Positions 62,816 to 64,000 of a stretch of DNA of 64,000 nt are shown here, in pieces; position 1 is the stretch's first letter, and each line of letters starts with the position of its first letter. The notes below the pieces were generated by a model that saw only the letters and a list, made by a program, of their open reading frames with translations, was not told where the DNA came from and did no database searches. Origin of the DNA: Cyanophora paradoxa CCMP329 (Eukaryota > Plantae > Glaucophyta); NCBI GenBank assembly GCA_004431415.1, contig QPMI01000106.1, positions 124,001-188,000 of the forward strand, given 5' to 3'. Position numbers and translations under genes: made by a program.

Positions 62816-63902
62816 AGCTTAAGACCAGTGTTCCGCGTTGATTTCAGCTAGCTTACGTGATCGATGTCATGATCTAACGTAATCACGACATGCTCTTTCC
62901 TGGTAGAAATGTTGATATAGTTATATATAATTACCATACACATGCATATATATGATATATATGTATCTACGTACATTTACAGCTGCAGTATTACCTCCCC
63001 GCGGCCCCCCCGGCGCCTCCCCGCCTCCTTTCGAAATTTATGATCCTCGCCGAGCTTCTGAATTCGAAGTCTTCATGATCATGTGCATGTGCCTGCATCG
63101 AGTATATATGTATAATCCACTTAAGCGTTAAATTGACACTTAAGCTTTGACAAGTTGCTCAGCTCTTAGAATTGCGCCGCTACGTATCCGTATATACGTA
63201 TACCCCATTCGCGCATGCATGTGCTGCTGGGCAGCCGGCCGCGGGGGCGGGTGCGACCGCGATTGCAATTTTGGAGCGAGGGACAGGATGCCAAGGGAAG
63301 GCGGTTCGGAAAATCGGACCGCCCGAGGTGCACGTGGTCGAAATGGCCGGTGGTTGAAATCGCCGGATCCGGAGTACCAAAGAGTGGCGGCGACGCAGTC
63401 ACCCTCCCCCTTCGCCTCCGTCGGGCCCGAAGGCGTCGACGTCGCCGGCGCCTCTCTTCGGGATCGAAGAAAGAATTTCGGGATCGAAGAAAGAATTTCG
63501 CGGTCAGCGGCCCCGGCAGATCTCGGGCCCGAACGCGTCGACGTCGCCGGCGCCGTTCTTCGCCACGTCTGTGGCCGGTATCTCCAATCCAGGGCCAGCC
63601 GCCTCTTCTCCACCCCGCAGCAGCTCCGGATCCAGCTCCGGATCCGGTATCTTCGGACATGTACAGGCCTGCAAAGCTTATATAAGGGGCTTATAAAACC
63701 ATAAAACCAACGCAACCAAAGCTTATATTGGGGGCTCGGCTCTAGCTATAATGCTCTAGCTATATGACATGTACAGGCCTGCATGCGCGTGCGGCCGGCG
63801 CCGCGGTGCGAACAGCGGTCAGCGGCCGCGGCAGATCTAGAGTTAAAGAGCCAGAAAAACGAAAGCTTAGGGCTCAAGGGTGTCATGGAGAAGAAAGGGC
63901 AC

Positions 63903-63975
63903 CTCCGTAGCCCCCGTCTCCTCGGCGACGAACGCGACGGTCCGCGCCACTGCGCCTGCCACGTCCTCCCGCCGC
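63903..63975 (-). CDS. Exon of a paralog of the AP2-repeat gene, extending beyond the window
   Basis: Reverse complement reads cag|(R)REDVAGAVARTVAFVAEETGATE|gt, matching the type B exons at about 7840-7915 and 12129-12208. Confidence 0.8.
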
Positions 63976-64000
63976 CTGCAGGAAAGTCGATATCGAGCCC

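Overview
A GC-rich, intron-dense eukaryotic (protist/algal-type) nuclear window; the ORF track is largely uninformative because genes are split by many 50-110 bp introns with G(T/C)RCGC-like donors. The taxon cannot be determined from sequence alone. Left arm: a complete 23-exon P5C dehydrogenase gene (7 of 22 introns GC-AG), a MYND-finger gene, a ~12 kb gene or tandem pair with six AP2-like repeats plus a SOX/MATA-type HMG box, and a ~11 kb lower-GC gene for a Cys-rich-repeat membrane protein. Middle (~29.8-47.7 kb): a mobile-element-rich block with three TA-targeting MITE families, two poly(A)-tailed SINE-like families with target-site duplications, a 5.2 kb gag-only element with nested direct repeats, and intron-containing copies of three neighbouring genes, two of them joined in an in-frame chimera. 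Right arm: a dual-specificity phosphatase, a large TRP/Flc-like multipass membrane protein, a TPR-like protein and one exon of a second AP2-repeat paralog. The best novelty candidates are the multi-AP2 + HMG protein, the gag-only element, the local gene-fragment shuffling, the frequent GC donors and an apparent CG-to-TA mutational signature. All gene models were spliced by eye and need RNA-seq confirmation.
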